Below are positions 1 to 7,957 of a stretch of 24,700 nt of DNA, in pieces (position 1 is the stretch's first letter; every line of letters starts with the position of its first letter). Both the position numbers and the translations under genes were made by a program. Below the pieces are notes generated by a model. That model saw nothing but the letters and a program-made list of their open reading frames with translations, had not been told where the DNA came from and ran no database searches. The DNA is from Verrucomicrobiota bacterium (GTDB lineage Bacteria; Verrucomicrobiota; Verrucomicrobiia; Limisphaerales; SXQI01). Location: contig JANRLX010000073.1 of assembly GCA_033762115.1 (NCBI GenBank), positions 1-24,700 on the forward strand, in the 5' to 3' direction.

Positions 1-2853
1 GATGCCGATCCCATGGTCTTTGATTTCAAAAATCACGCGGGCAAGCTCCTGCCGCATGGAAAGCTGCACTGCAACCCCCGCTGGAGAGTACTTGATCGCA
101 TTGGTCAGGACATTGGTCAGGATATGGCGCAACAGGCGCTCGTCCACATTGGCTTCAGCAGGAAGCGGATCGAGCTGCAACTCCACCGGGCACCTCTGGC
201 TGGTTGCAGAGAGGACTTCATCGACCAGACGGCGACAGAAACCGGAAAGATCAATCAATTGCGGTTCGAAATTCAGTTTGCCTGCCTCCACTTTGCTCAA
301 CAGGAGTACTTCCTCCATCAGATCAGCCATGCGTCGCACATTCTTGATGATGGATGAGAGATGCTCGCTGCGTTCGGATGGTTCGAGACGGTCAAAGTAC
401 TCTTCAAGAATCTCCGCCGAAGAAAGAATAATGCCCAGGGGCGTGCGAAATTCATGCGAAACCATCGAAACGAAGTTGCTCTTAAGCATTCCGAGTTCCT
501 TTTCACGCGCAAGTGATTTGAGCAATTCCGCTTCGGTCTTTTTTCGTTCACTGATGTCATTGATGACCGCTTGAATCAGCGGGCGCCCACTCATTTGAAT
601 CCGGGTAAGGATCACTTCAAGTGGAATGTCCCGCCCTTTTGCAGTCCGCCCCATCCATTCAAAACGGGCGCTGCTGTTTGTGATGCATTCCTGAATATGG
701 AGGGCAGCGAGTCGCCCGGGAGATTCACCATTGAACTGGACAGGGGAGGAGGTATCAGCGGGCCTTTTGCCAAGGAGGTCCTCCTCCCGTTCATACTCCA
801 GGATTCTGAGCGCAGCAGGATTCACATCGATGAATTTCTCCTCATCCTGGAGCAACACCCCCTGGCTGCTCGCCTCGAACAAGGCACGATGTTTTTGTTC
901 TGACTCCCTCAAGGCCTGTTCGGTGCGTTTTCGTTCAATGGCAAGGGCGATCTGTTCCGCCACGAAGGTGAGAATTTGCTTCTCCTCCTCTCGATAAGCC
1001 CGTTCGTTTTCGTAATCCTGCACCGCCATGACGCCAAGGGTGATGCCTCGAACACCAAGCGGGACGCCGAGCCAAATGGCAGCAGGTGTTCCGCTCCCCT
1101 CAGGCCATCCGCTTAACTCAGGCGTTTTCCCACGCCCGGCCAGCAAGGCTTTTCCGGTGCGAAGGACATAGCCACTCAGCCCATTATCGAGGAGGCGGGG
1201 AGACGGACGGGGGTCCATTTCATCCACGTAATAATCGAAGTGGTGAAGTCCGGTGTCTGCATGCCAGAGTGCCAGATAAAAATTTTCGGCAGGCATTAAT
1301 GTTTTGATGATGGAATGAATCTGGGAGTAAAGACTCTCGAGATCTTCGGCGGTATGGATGGCTTCAGAAATCTGGTAGGTGGCGAGCTGGATTTTTTCCC
1401 GGCGGCGGCGCTCCGAAGTATCAAGAATACTTGCGCGGATCAACTGCTGGCCATCAGCGGGCAACTGGACGAGGCGGACTTCACAGGGAATTTGCTGACC
1501 ATCGCTGCGCACATGGATCCAATCAAAAACAGGTGTTTTGCCCTCGAGCGCGTCTCGGACTTTCTCGCTGATCAGCTCAGCAGAGGAACTGCCATTCGGT
1601 TGCAACCCCGGAGTGACATCCGTAAAAGTCAGTTTCAGCAATTCCTCCCGGGTCAGGCCATAGAGCTTCTGCGCATTTTCATTCGCAATGACAAATCGTC
1701 CCAAATCCGCAGGGAAAACAACGATGGCTTCAGGGGCATGCTCCAGAAGGATGCGTAACCGAGCTTCACTGGCAGCCAGTTCGGCAGTGCGTTCGGCAAT
1801 CCGTTGCTCCAAATTCTGGTTCAGCTGCTGGATGTCGTCCTGCGCTTTTTTTCGTTCAGTGATATCGGTGATGGCTCCGACATAATAATCGATGGCCTGC
1901 GAATTCGAGTGATAAACAGCGATGCTGCTGGCAAGCGCCCAGAAGGTTGACCCGTTTTTTCTTTTATAAAGGAGCTCCTGGTTTGTGTATCCGCCCTGTT
2001 CGGTGAGGAGCTGAAGGAGGCGTTTTCGATCAGCCGGGTTGGAATAAAGGTTCTCACGGGGGATTGCAGCCAGTTCCTCGTAATCGTACCCGAACATCCG
2101 CAGGTAGGCCTTGTTGGCAAAGATCAACCCCTGGCTTGCGCTGCTGCGATAAATCCCCTCGGAAATATTATCAAGTATCGAGGAGAGTAATTGCTGATGC
2201 TCCAGCAAAGCTCCCTCGGCCTGTTTCCGCTCGGTGATATCACGTGCAACCGTGACAATCAGCGGTTTTTCCTGTACTTGCACAGGGGTCATCACCACTT
2301 CAGTAAAAATGACCCGGCCATCTCCTCGTTTGTTTCGCCATTCAAAACGATGGCTTCCCTGTTCGATTGCCCGCCGAATCATTTCTTCCGCCTTTGGAAC
2401 GGAAGGGGAGCCATCCGGCTGAAATTCAGTCGAAATAGCGCCGGGTTGTAATGCCACGATTTCCGCCTTGCTCCGATAACCCAGGAGCCGGGCTGTGGCA
2501 TCGTTGCAATCAATGAATTTAGGTCCCTTCGAGGGATCCAGGAGCAGCACCGCGTCCGCGCTCCTTTCAAAGAGTAATCGGAATTTAGATTCGCTTTCGC
2601 GCAATGCCTCAAATGCCCGTTTGAGTTCCTTCTCCGATTGCTGCAATTCCTCGTTTGCCTGTTCCATCGAGCGTCGATGGTTGGCCTGCTGCCACCAGGT
2701 AACGAACAGAAGCAGGATGGCCGCGGCGCCAGTGAGAAGCGGCCAGTCGGTCATGGCCATGAAAGCGGCAGAAGATTCCCCTGCCAACAGGAGCGGATTC
2801 CCAATTGCCACTATGGTTCCATACCCCAGGAAACGAGTGAAAGATAATTTCAT
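1..2853 (-). CDS. Membrane-anchored multi-sensor histidine kinase (TM, PAS, PAS, PAS, GAF, PAS, HisKA, HATPase_c); 3' end runs off the window
   Basis: Translated by hand; absent from the ORF track because no stop lies in the window. Open frame from ATG 2853 (MKLSFTRFLGYG...) to base 1. PAS/PAC ends ARDITERKQAE, ITDITERKKAQ, ILDTSERRRRE, INDISERKKTE; GAF ...WLGVPLGVRGITLGVMAVQDY...FVAEQIALAIERKR; H-box VSHEFRTPL (His codon 454-456); N-box NVLTNAIKYS; G1 box KDHGIGI at the edge. Confidence 0.95.
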   Translation of the reverse strand, partial: MKLSFTRFLGYGTIVAIGNPLLLAGESSAAFMAMTDWPLLTGAAAILLLFVTWWQQANHRRSMEQANEELQQSEKELKRAFEALRESESKFRLLFERSADAVLLLDPSKGPKFIDCNDATARLLGYRSKAEIVALQPGAISTEFQPDGSPSVPKAEEMIRRAIEQGSHRFEWRNKRGDGRVIFTEVVMTPVQVQEKPLIVTVARDITERKQAEGALLEHQQLLSSILDNISEGIYRSSASQGLIFANKAYLRMFGYDYEELAAIPRENLYSNPADRKRLLQLLTEQGGYTNQELLYKRKNGSTFWALASSIAVYHSNSQAIDYYVGAITDITERKKAQDDIQQLNQNLEQRIAERTAELAASEARLRILLEHAPEAIVVFPADLGRFVIANENAQKLYGLTREELLKLTFTDVTPGLQPNGSSSAELISEKVRDALEGKTPVFDWIHVRSDGQQIPCEVRLVQLPADGQQLIRASILDTSERRRREKIQLATYQISEAIHTAEDLESLYSQIHSIIKTLMPAENFYLALWHADTGLHHFDYYVDEMDPRPSPRLLDNGLSGYVLRTGKALLAGRGKTPELSGWPEGSGTPAAIWLGVPLGVRGITLGVMAVQDYENERAYREEEKQILTFVAEQIALAIERKRTEQALRESEQKHRALFEASSQGVLLQDEEKFIDVNPAALRILEYEREEDLLGKRPADTSSPVQFNGESPGRLAALHIQECITNSSARFEWMGRTAKGRDIPLEVILTRIQMSGRPLIQAVINDISERKKTEAELLKSLAREKELGMLKSNFVSMVSHEFRTPLGIILSSAEILEEYFDRLEPSERSEHLSSIIKNVRRMADLMEEVLLLSKVEAGKLNFEPQLIDLSGFCRRLVDEVLSATSQRCPVELQLDPLPAEANVDERLLRHILTNVLTNAIKYSPAGVAVQLSMRQELARVIFEIKDHGIGI

Positions 2854-3011
2854 GTCATGCCACAACAGATATTAACCCCAAGCCCAGGAAGGACGGAAGG
2901 TGTAAAGAAAAAGCCTGCGGCTGCCCGATTTACCTTTCGTTCCCGGATCGCTCCCCGGGGCATTGCCAGCAAATCTCATCTTTTTGCGCTGATTTCAAAA
3001 GGAGTGTTCTC

Positions 3012-3653
3012 ATGTCCCTCGTGACCGAAAGGAAACCGATCAGCAATCGAAGCATGGCGCTGATGGCCTGCGGATGGTTGCTGATCAGCCTTTTTGTTGG
3101 TGAGACTCAACTATTAAAGAGCATTCCCGGGCCGGCCGTTCCGTTGATTGTATGGAGCTTAACAATCGCGCTTCTGACCTGCTATTTCCTGCACCATGGA
3201 TTTCGCCTTTGGATGGACCAGACCTCTTCAAAATTTCTTGTTGCGATTCATCTGGTTCGATTTGTGGGATTCTACTTTCTTTACCTGAAAAGCCATGGTC
3301 GGCTTCCGGCCCAATTCGCCCTGCCTGCTGGCTGGGGTGATATTCTGGTCGCAATATTGGCCATCCCGGTTTTGCTTTTTGCTCGCCCTGCCGGGTTTGG
3401 CTGGGGGTTACTTTCCTGGAATATTCTTGGATGTGCGGACATCCTTTACGTGGTCATCACTGCTGCACGAATGATGGTTGTGGATCCCAGAGGAATGGCA
3501 GAGTTCACCACCCTGCCCTTAAGCTTCCTTCCCACCATGATTGTGCCGGTGATCATCAGCACCCACGTGATCCTGTTTATTCGATTGGCGCGCGGGTATC
3601 GAAAAGAAGCATTGAGCGCAATTATCGGGAGCGAAAAAGCTGAGCAAAATTAA
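3012..3653 (+). CDS. Conserved hypothetical integral membrane protein (about 6 TM segments)
   Basis: 213-aa hydrophobic ORF with an AAGGAG Shine-Dalgarno just upstream; motifs HLVRFVG, LPAQFALPAGWGDILVA and LPLSFLPTMIVP resemble a widespread uncharacterised membrane family. Confidence 0.8.
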   Translation: MSLVTERKPISNRSMALMACGWLLISLFVGETQLLKSIPGPAVPLIVWSLTIALLTCYFLHHGFRLWMDQTSSKFLVAIHLVRFVGFYFLYLKSHGRLPAQFALPAGWGDILVAILAIPVLLFARPAGFGWGLLSWNILGCADILYVVITAARMMVVDPRGMAEFTTLPLSFLPTMIVPVIISTHVILFIRLARGYRKEALSAIIGSEKAEQN

Positions 3654-4102
3654 TAGGCCGGTCTTGGGAGGGTGCGCCAGGAAATCACTTTGCCCTCCTT
3701 GAACACAATCTCCGAGCGGACATAATCGCGCGGATTGTAATCGGAAATCAGATAGCGTTCCAAAGCGAGATCGGGCCCTCTGTTGACTTCGCGATAAGCC
3801 CAGTAACGGGTTTCCTGCATCCATGTGCCGTAATATCTCCAGGTGGTCAAATGCCCGGATGCATCCTCACTTTCCAGGACTTCGGAAGGCTTGCCCCAGG
3901 CGATGTAAACGGCATCGGCACTCATTCCCACCCGAATCTGGCCGGAGTCCACCGTTGCCTGGTCCTGCGGTGAAAGCGTTTGGTAGGAACTTATTTTTTC
4001 GGATCGGCGGGTCTCAATTGAAGAACTGGCGCAACCAACCAGGCCCAGGAACAAAACAACAAGCGACAGTTTCACAGGAGTACGGACGGTCAGGGCGCAC
4101 AC
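3650..4102 (-). CDS. Putative lipoprotein with SmpA/OmlA(BamE)-like domain; true start may be the later GTG (VKLSLVV...)
   Basis: Signal peptide with lipobox LVGC; IRVGMSADAVYIAWGKPS...WRYY...IVFKEGKVISW matches the SmpA/BamE-like pattern; 12 bp downstream of the desulfurase gene. Confidence 0.75.
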   Translation of the reverse strand: MCALTVRTPVKLSLVVLFLGLVGCASSSIETRRSEKISSYQTLSPQDQATVDSGQIRVGMSADAVYIAWGKPSEVLESEDASGHLTTWRYYGTWMQETRYWAYREVNRGPDLALERYLISDYNPRDYVRSEIVFKEGKVISWRTLPRPAY

Positions 4103-4114
4103 TTATTCAAACGG

Positions 4115-5272
4115 TTACGGGGCGTCGCCCCTAAGTCGTTCAATTATTGGGGGTAACTTCTGCAAAAGATAATCCACTTCCTGCTCGGAATTGTAGATCC
4201 CGAGGCTGAACCGAATCGACCCTCGAGCCAGTGAAGGTCGCAAACCCATAGCCGTCAAGACATGTGAAGGTTTCAAGGAACCTGTGGTGCAGGCAGACCC
4301 GCTGGAGGCACAAATACCGGCCCTATCCAGCAGCAGAAGGATGGCTTCCGCCTCGACTCCATGGAAAGAAATGTTGCTGGTATTGGGAAGGCGTGGTTCC
4401 TTGCAACCGTTGCGGGAGGTCTTGGGAATTGTCGCCAAAATCTGGTTCTCGAGTTTGTCCCTCAACTTTCGCACCGCATGATCTTCGGTCTCGATATGTT
4501 TGATGGCCAGTTCAGCCGCTTTTCCAAACCCAACAATATAGGGAACATTTTCGGTGCCGCCTCTCCTGCCCCGCTCCTGCCCTCCGCCGATAACATACGG
4601 AGAATACTTTGTGCGTCTTTTGACAAATAATGCCCCAATCCCCTTAGGGGCATGTAATTTGTGGGCCGAAAGCGAAAGAAAATCAACGTTCAGCGCTCGG
4701 ACATCGATTTTCCGTTTGCCAGCGACCTGCACTGCATCCGTATGAAAAAGCACGTCTCGACTGCGACAAAGGGCAGCAATCTCCTCGATTGGAAAATAAA
4801 CTCCCGTTTCGTTATTGGCCCACATCACACTGACAATGGCCGTGTCAGGGCGGATCGTTTTTTCCAGCAGATGCAAATCGAGCGACCCATCAGGTTCAAC
4901 CGGCAAATAGCTGATTTTATAACCTTGCTCCTGAAGAAACTGACAATAGTTCAGGTTTGAGGAATGTTCCACCGCCGTGGTGATGACATGCTTTTTCCGG
5001 CGATTCTGGATCAAGGCATTATGGATTGCGGAGTTGTTACTTTCCGTTCCGCAACTGGTAAAAATGATTTCCCGGGGATCGCTATTCAACAAGGCGGCAA
5101 GCTGCTCCCTTGCCGTTTCAAGTGATTTTGAAACTGAGTTGCCAAATTGGTAAGCGCTGGAAGGGTTCCCCCAATGATCCTCAAGGTAGGGACGGATCAC
5201 ATCCACCACCTCAGGGGCGACTCTGGTGGTTGCGTTATTGTCAAAATAGACAAATTTACGGGTATCGCTCAT
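4115..5272 (-). CDS. nifS: Cysteine desulfurase, group I (NifS/IscS type)
   Basis: YFDNNATT, GNPSS, FTSCGTESNN, HTDAVQ, PLP lysine motif SAHK, GTENV, catalytic SSGSAC. Start corrected to ATG 5272 (MSDTRK); the ORF-track extension runs through a tRNA gene. Confidence 0.93.
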   Translation of the reverse strand: MSDTRKFVYFDNNATTRVAPEVVDVIRPYLEDHWGNPSSAYQFGNSVSKSLETAREQLAALLNSDPREIIFTSCGTESNNSAIHNALIQNRRKKHVITTAVEHSSNLNYCQFLQEQGYKISYLPVEPDGSLDLHLLEKTIRPDTAIVSVMWANNETGVYFPIEEIAALCRSRDVLFHTDAVQVAGKRKIDVRALNVDFLSLSAHKLHAPKGIGALFVKRRTKYSPYVIGGGQERGRRGGTENVPYIVGFGKAAELAIKHIETEDHAVRKLRDKLENQILATIPKTSRNGCKEPRLPNTSNISFHGVEAEAILLLLDRAGICASSGSACTTGSLKPSHVLTAMGLRPSLARGSIRFSLGIYNSEQEVDYLLQKLPPIIERLRGDAP

Positions 5273-5334
5273 CAGCCGTTTTCGATAAAGAGGGAAAACC
5301 TTGTAGGAACAACACGAAAAGCAAAGAAAAAAGA

Positions 5335-5409
5335 TGGTGCGCGGTAGAGGTTTCGAACCTCTGACCCCCACCGTGTCAAGGTGATGCTCTACCACTGAGC
5401 TAACCGCGC
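5335..5409 (-). tRNA. tRNA-Val (anticodon GAC), encoded CCA
   Basis: Reverse complement GCGCGGTTAGCTCAGTGGTAGAGCATCACCTTGACACGGTGGGGGTCAGAGGTTCGAAACCTCTACCGCGCACCA: 7-bp acceptor stem GCGCGGT/ACCGCGC, D arm GCTC/GAGC, anticodon loop TTGACAC, T arm AGAGG-TTCGAAA-CCTCT, discriminator A, 75 nt. Confidence 0.97.
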
Positions 5410-5425
5410 GGGCCGAAACGCCGTT

Positions 5426-5454
5426 AAAGTGCGCAACATGCACCATGTTGGCAA
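5426..5454 (-). promoter_or_regulatory. Putative sigma70-type promoter for tRNA-Val (TTGCCA-17-CACTTT) overlapping an inverted repeat
   Basis: Minus-strand TTGCCA, 17-nt spacer, CACTTT, 16 nt upstream of the tRNA; CAACATG-CAC-CATGTTG at 5434-5450 lies on the spacer. Confidence 0.45.
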
Positions 5455-5583
5455 GTGGAAATCCTGGGATTTTATTTAAATGAAGCCTTTGTTGTGGCTG
5501 GACAGTGCTGTTTAAGGATGAGTTTTAGTTTGCAAGGGTTGACGGGTGACGTAATTTCACATTTCCGCTAATGCGGATCTGTT

Positions 5584-7149
5584 ATGAATCCCGAAGTCGA
5601 ATTGTATGATACGACCCTGCGAGATGGCAGTCAGGGCGAAGGTGTGAATTTCTCGGTTGCGGATAAGATTCGCATTGCCGAGCGTCTCGATGCTTTTGGG
5701 ATTCATTATATTGAAGGGGGCTGGCCCGGCTCAAATCCGAAGGATATTGAGTTTTTTAATCAGGCGCGGCGCCGCACTTTCAAAAACGCCAAACTCGCCG
5801 CATTCGGTTCCACCCGTCGCAAACAGATCAAAGTGGAACAGGATGAACAGGTTCGCCTGCTTTTGGCAGCTGAAACCCCGGTAGTGACAATCTACGGCAA
5901 AACCTGGATGTTGCACGTCACAGAGGTTCTTGGCACGACACCGGAAGAGAACATTGCCATGATCGCGGATACAGTTCGATTCCTCAAATCCAACGGGCGC
6001 TATGTGATTTACGATGCAGAGCACGCCTTTGACGGGTTCAAGGACAATCCGGATTATGCCCTTGGCACCTGGTCAGCAGCTGAAGCAGCCGGAGCCGATA
6101 ACATCACCTTGTGCGACACAAACGGCGGATGCTTGCCCAGCGAGGTTTCCCGCATCGTGCAGGTCGCCAAAAGCAAATTAACCAAAGCACGAATCGGCAT
6201 TCACACCCATGATGATGCGGGATTGGGTGCGGCAAACGCACTGGCAGCCATCGAAGCAGGTTCCACTCATGTGCAGGGAACAGTAAACGGTTATGGGGAG
6301 CGAACCGGGAATTGTAACCTGATGACGGTCATACCGAATCTTCAACTAAAAATGAAGAAGCGTTGTTTACCCGAGGGCGCATTGGAAAAATTGACTGATC
6401 TTTCACAGTTTGTGGATGAAATCGCGAACATTCGCCACAATCCCCGGCAACCCTGGGTAGGTTCAGCGGCATTCGCCCACAAGGGCGGAACGCATGTCAA
6501 TGCGGTGCTGAAGGTGTTGCACAGCTACGAGCATGAAAATCCGGAGAAAATCGGCAACAGCCGGAGAATTTTGATCAGCGATCTCGCTGGTCGCAGCAAT
6601 ATCGTCATGAAAGCCCGTGAACTTGGGCTCAATTTGAGTAATGACACTCCTGAACTCAAAACAATTCTTACACGGATCAAGGAACTGGAGCATGAAGGAT
6701 ATGAGTTCGAGGCTGCGGAAGGATCGCTTGCGCTGCTGATTCGAAAAACCCTGAAACATGTGGATGCTCCGTTTAAAGTGGATGCCTACCATGTCTCAAT
6801 GCGCCGGGAGGGTTCCTCTTCAGTTTGTGAAGCAACAGTAAAAGTTCGGGTGGGAGAAAAACGAGCTCATACCGTTGCTGAAGGAGATGGGCCGGTCAAT
6901 GCACTGGACAGCGCGTTGCGTGGGGCGCTGGTCAAATTTTTTCCTGAGCTTTCAAAAGTACAACTGACTGATTATAAGGTACGTATCCTTGATACAGGAA
7001 CAGGGACCGCAGCCAAAACGCGTGTGTTGCTGGAATCCAGCGATGGACATACCGAATGGATGACAGTCGGGGTTAGCGAAAATATCATCGAAGCTAGTTT
7101 GCAGGCCTTGGTTGACAGTATGGAGTACGGTTTGATTAAAGATGATTGA
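5584..7149 (+). CDS. cimA: (R)-citramalate synthase (LeuA/CimA family; threonine-independent isoleucine pathway)
   Basis: YDTTLRDGSQGEG, EGGWPGSNPKD, YDAEHAFDG, LCDTNGG, HTHDD, GYGERTGN, AFAHKGG, and a C-terminal LeuA allosteric domain (EATVKV...GDGPVNALD...DYKVRIL). Confidence 0.9.
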   Translation: MNPEVELYDTTLRDGSQGEGVNFSVADKIRIAERLDAFGIHYIEGGWPGSNPKDIEFFNQARRRTFKNAKLAAFGSTRRKQIKVEQDEQVRLLLAAETPVVTIYGKTWMLHVTEVLGTTPEENIAMIADTVRFLKSNGRYVIYDAEHAFDGFKDNPDYALGTWSAAEAAGADNITLCDTNGGCLPSEVSRIVQVAKSKLTKARIGIHTHDDAGLGAANALAAIEAGSTHVQGTVNGYGERTGNCNLMTVIPNLQLKMKKRCLPEGALEKLTDLSQFVDEIANIRHNPRQPWVGSAAFAHKGGTHVNAVLKVLHSYEHENPEKIGNSRRILISDLAGRSNIVMKARELGLNLSNDTPELKTILTRIKELEHEGYEFEAAEGSLALLIRKTLKHVDAPFKVDAYHVSMRREGSSSVCEATVKVRVGEKRAHTVAEGDGPVNALDSALRGALVKFFPELSKVQLTDYKVRILDTGTGTAAKTRVLLESSDGHTEWMTVGVSENIIEASLQALVDSMEYGLIKDD

Positions 7150-7174
7150 CTGTATATACATCGCGATGTAAAAC
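7146..7174 (+). promoter_or_regulatory. Putative promoter/operator of the toxin-antitoxin operon
   Basis: TTGACT (7146-7151), 17 nt, TAAAAC (7169-7174); the spacer is covered by two overlapping perfect palindromes, TGTATATACA (7151-7160) and TACATCGCGATGTA (7157-7170). Confidence 0.6.
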
Positions 7175-7180
7175 AGAGGA

Positions 7181-7549
7181 ATGAAAAGTAAAAAACATTC
7201 TGAGCACGCGGAATTCAGGGAAGTTTCCTCTCCCTACGGAAAGGTTCCTGAGAGCGAAATGGTCAGGACGCAAATTTACCTGACCAGAGCTGAGCATGAT
7301 TTTTTGCTTTCTGAATCGAATCGCCGGAATCAACCCATGGCCGCAATTATTCGGGAATTGGTGGATGAAAAAATGTCCATTCCGGAAGAAGCATGGTTGA
7401 ACAACCCGCTGCTCCAGGCACCTGTTGAAGATGCGGATTTTCCTTCACGGGAAGATGGCTCCCTCAATCATGATCATTATATTGCGGGAGGTCCTCGCAA
7501 ATATGAAAAAGCAGGCAGTAAATGGGTGCTCCAACCGCCCATGGCATGA
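7181..7549 (+). CDS. vapB: Ribbon-helix-helix antitoxin, VapB20-like (alternative start at MVRTQIYL, 7259)
   Basis: MVRTQIYLTRAEHDFLLSESNRRNQPMAAIIRELVDE is an RHH beta-strand plus two helices; acidic C-terminal region ending SLNHDHYI; ATGA stop/start overlap with the PIN gene. Confidence 0.8.
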   Translation: MKSKKHSEHAEFREVSSPYGKVPESEMVRTQIYLTRAEHDFLLSESNRRNQPMAAIIRELVDEKMSIPEEAWLNNPLLQAPVEDADFPSREDGSLNHDHYIAGGPRKYEKAGSKWVLQPPMA

Positions 7550-7947
7550 ACCCTGTCTTTGTTGATGCCTCCTTCTGGATTGCTTTTCGTTCCAAGGCAG
7601 ATGCCAACCATCAGAGGTCCATCCAAATTGCGACCACGGTTGCGAGGCAACGTCGTCGTCTGGTAACCACATGGCTGATTTTTGCTGAAATTCATGCCTA
7701 TTTTTCACGGAGCAAAGGGTTGCGTGAACAGATCATCCGTGATTTTGCTCCCGGCGGAGTCACCCAGATCGAAGCTGTGCATCCAGCTGATTGCGAAGCA
7801 GCCATCGAATTATTAAAACAATCCGGCGACAAAGCTTATTCCTTTTGCGACGCCGCCTCGTTCATCATGATGAGGAGGTTAAACCTGACTCAAGTTATGG
7901 CTTTTGACCAGCACTTCAGTCAGATCGGGGAATTTGAAGTGCTTTAA
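7546..7947 (+). CDS. vapC: PIN-domain ribonuclease toxin, VapC20-like
   Basis: Start ATG 7546 overlaps the antitoxin stop; acidic PIN residues in VFVDASFW, IFAEI, YSFCDAASF, AFDQHF; 133 aa. Confidence 0.9.
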   Translation: MNPVFVDASFWIAFRSKADANHQRSIQIATTVARQRRRLVTTWLIFAEIHAYFSRSKGLREQIIRDFAPGGVTQIEAVHPADCEAAIELLKQSGDKAYSFCDAASFIMMRRLNLTQVMAFDQHFSQIGEFEVL

Positions 7948-7957
7948 AGTTATCATC

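Noticed and set aside
2..2875. Many short ORFs suggesting a fragmented or pseudogenised region
   Set aside because: One uninterrupted minus-strand frame (2853 to 1) encodes the histidine kinase; no in-frame stop was found on manual reading.
3650..3653. Overlapping stop codons (TTAA) of convergent genes
   Set aside because: Common in compact genomes; no other evidence of antisense regulation.
5273..5345. tRNA 3' end as a prophage or island attachment site
   Set aside because: No integrase and no duplicated tRNA 3' fragment seen in the window; the downstream gene is housekeeping.
5273..5446. 58-aa N-terminal extension of the cysteine desulfurase in the ORF track
   Set aside because: It reads through the tRNA-Val gene; family homology starts at MSDTRKFVYFDNNATT (5272).
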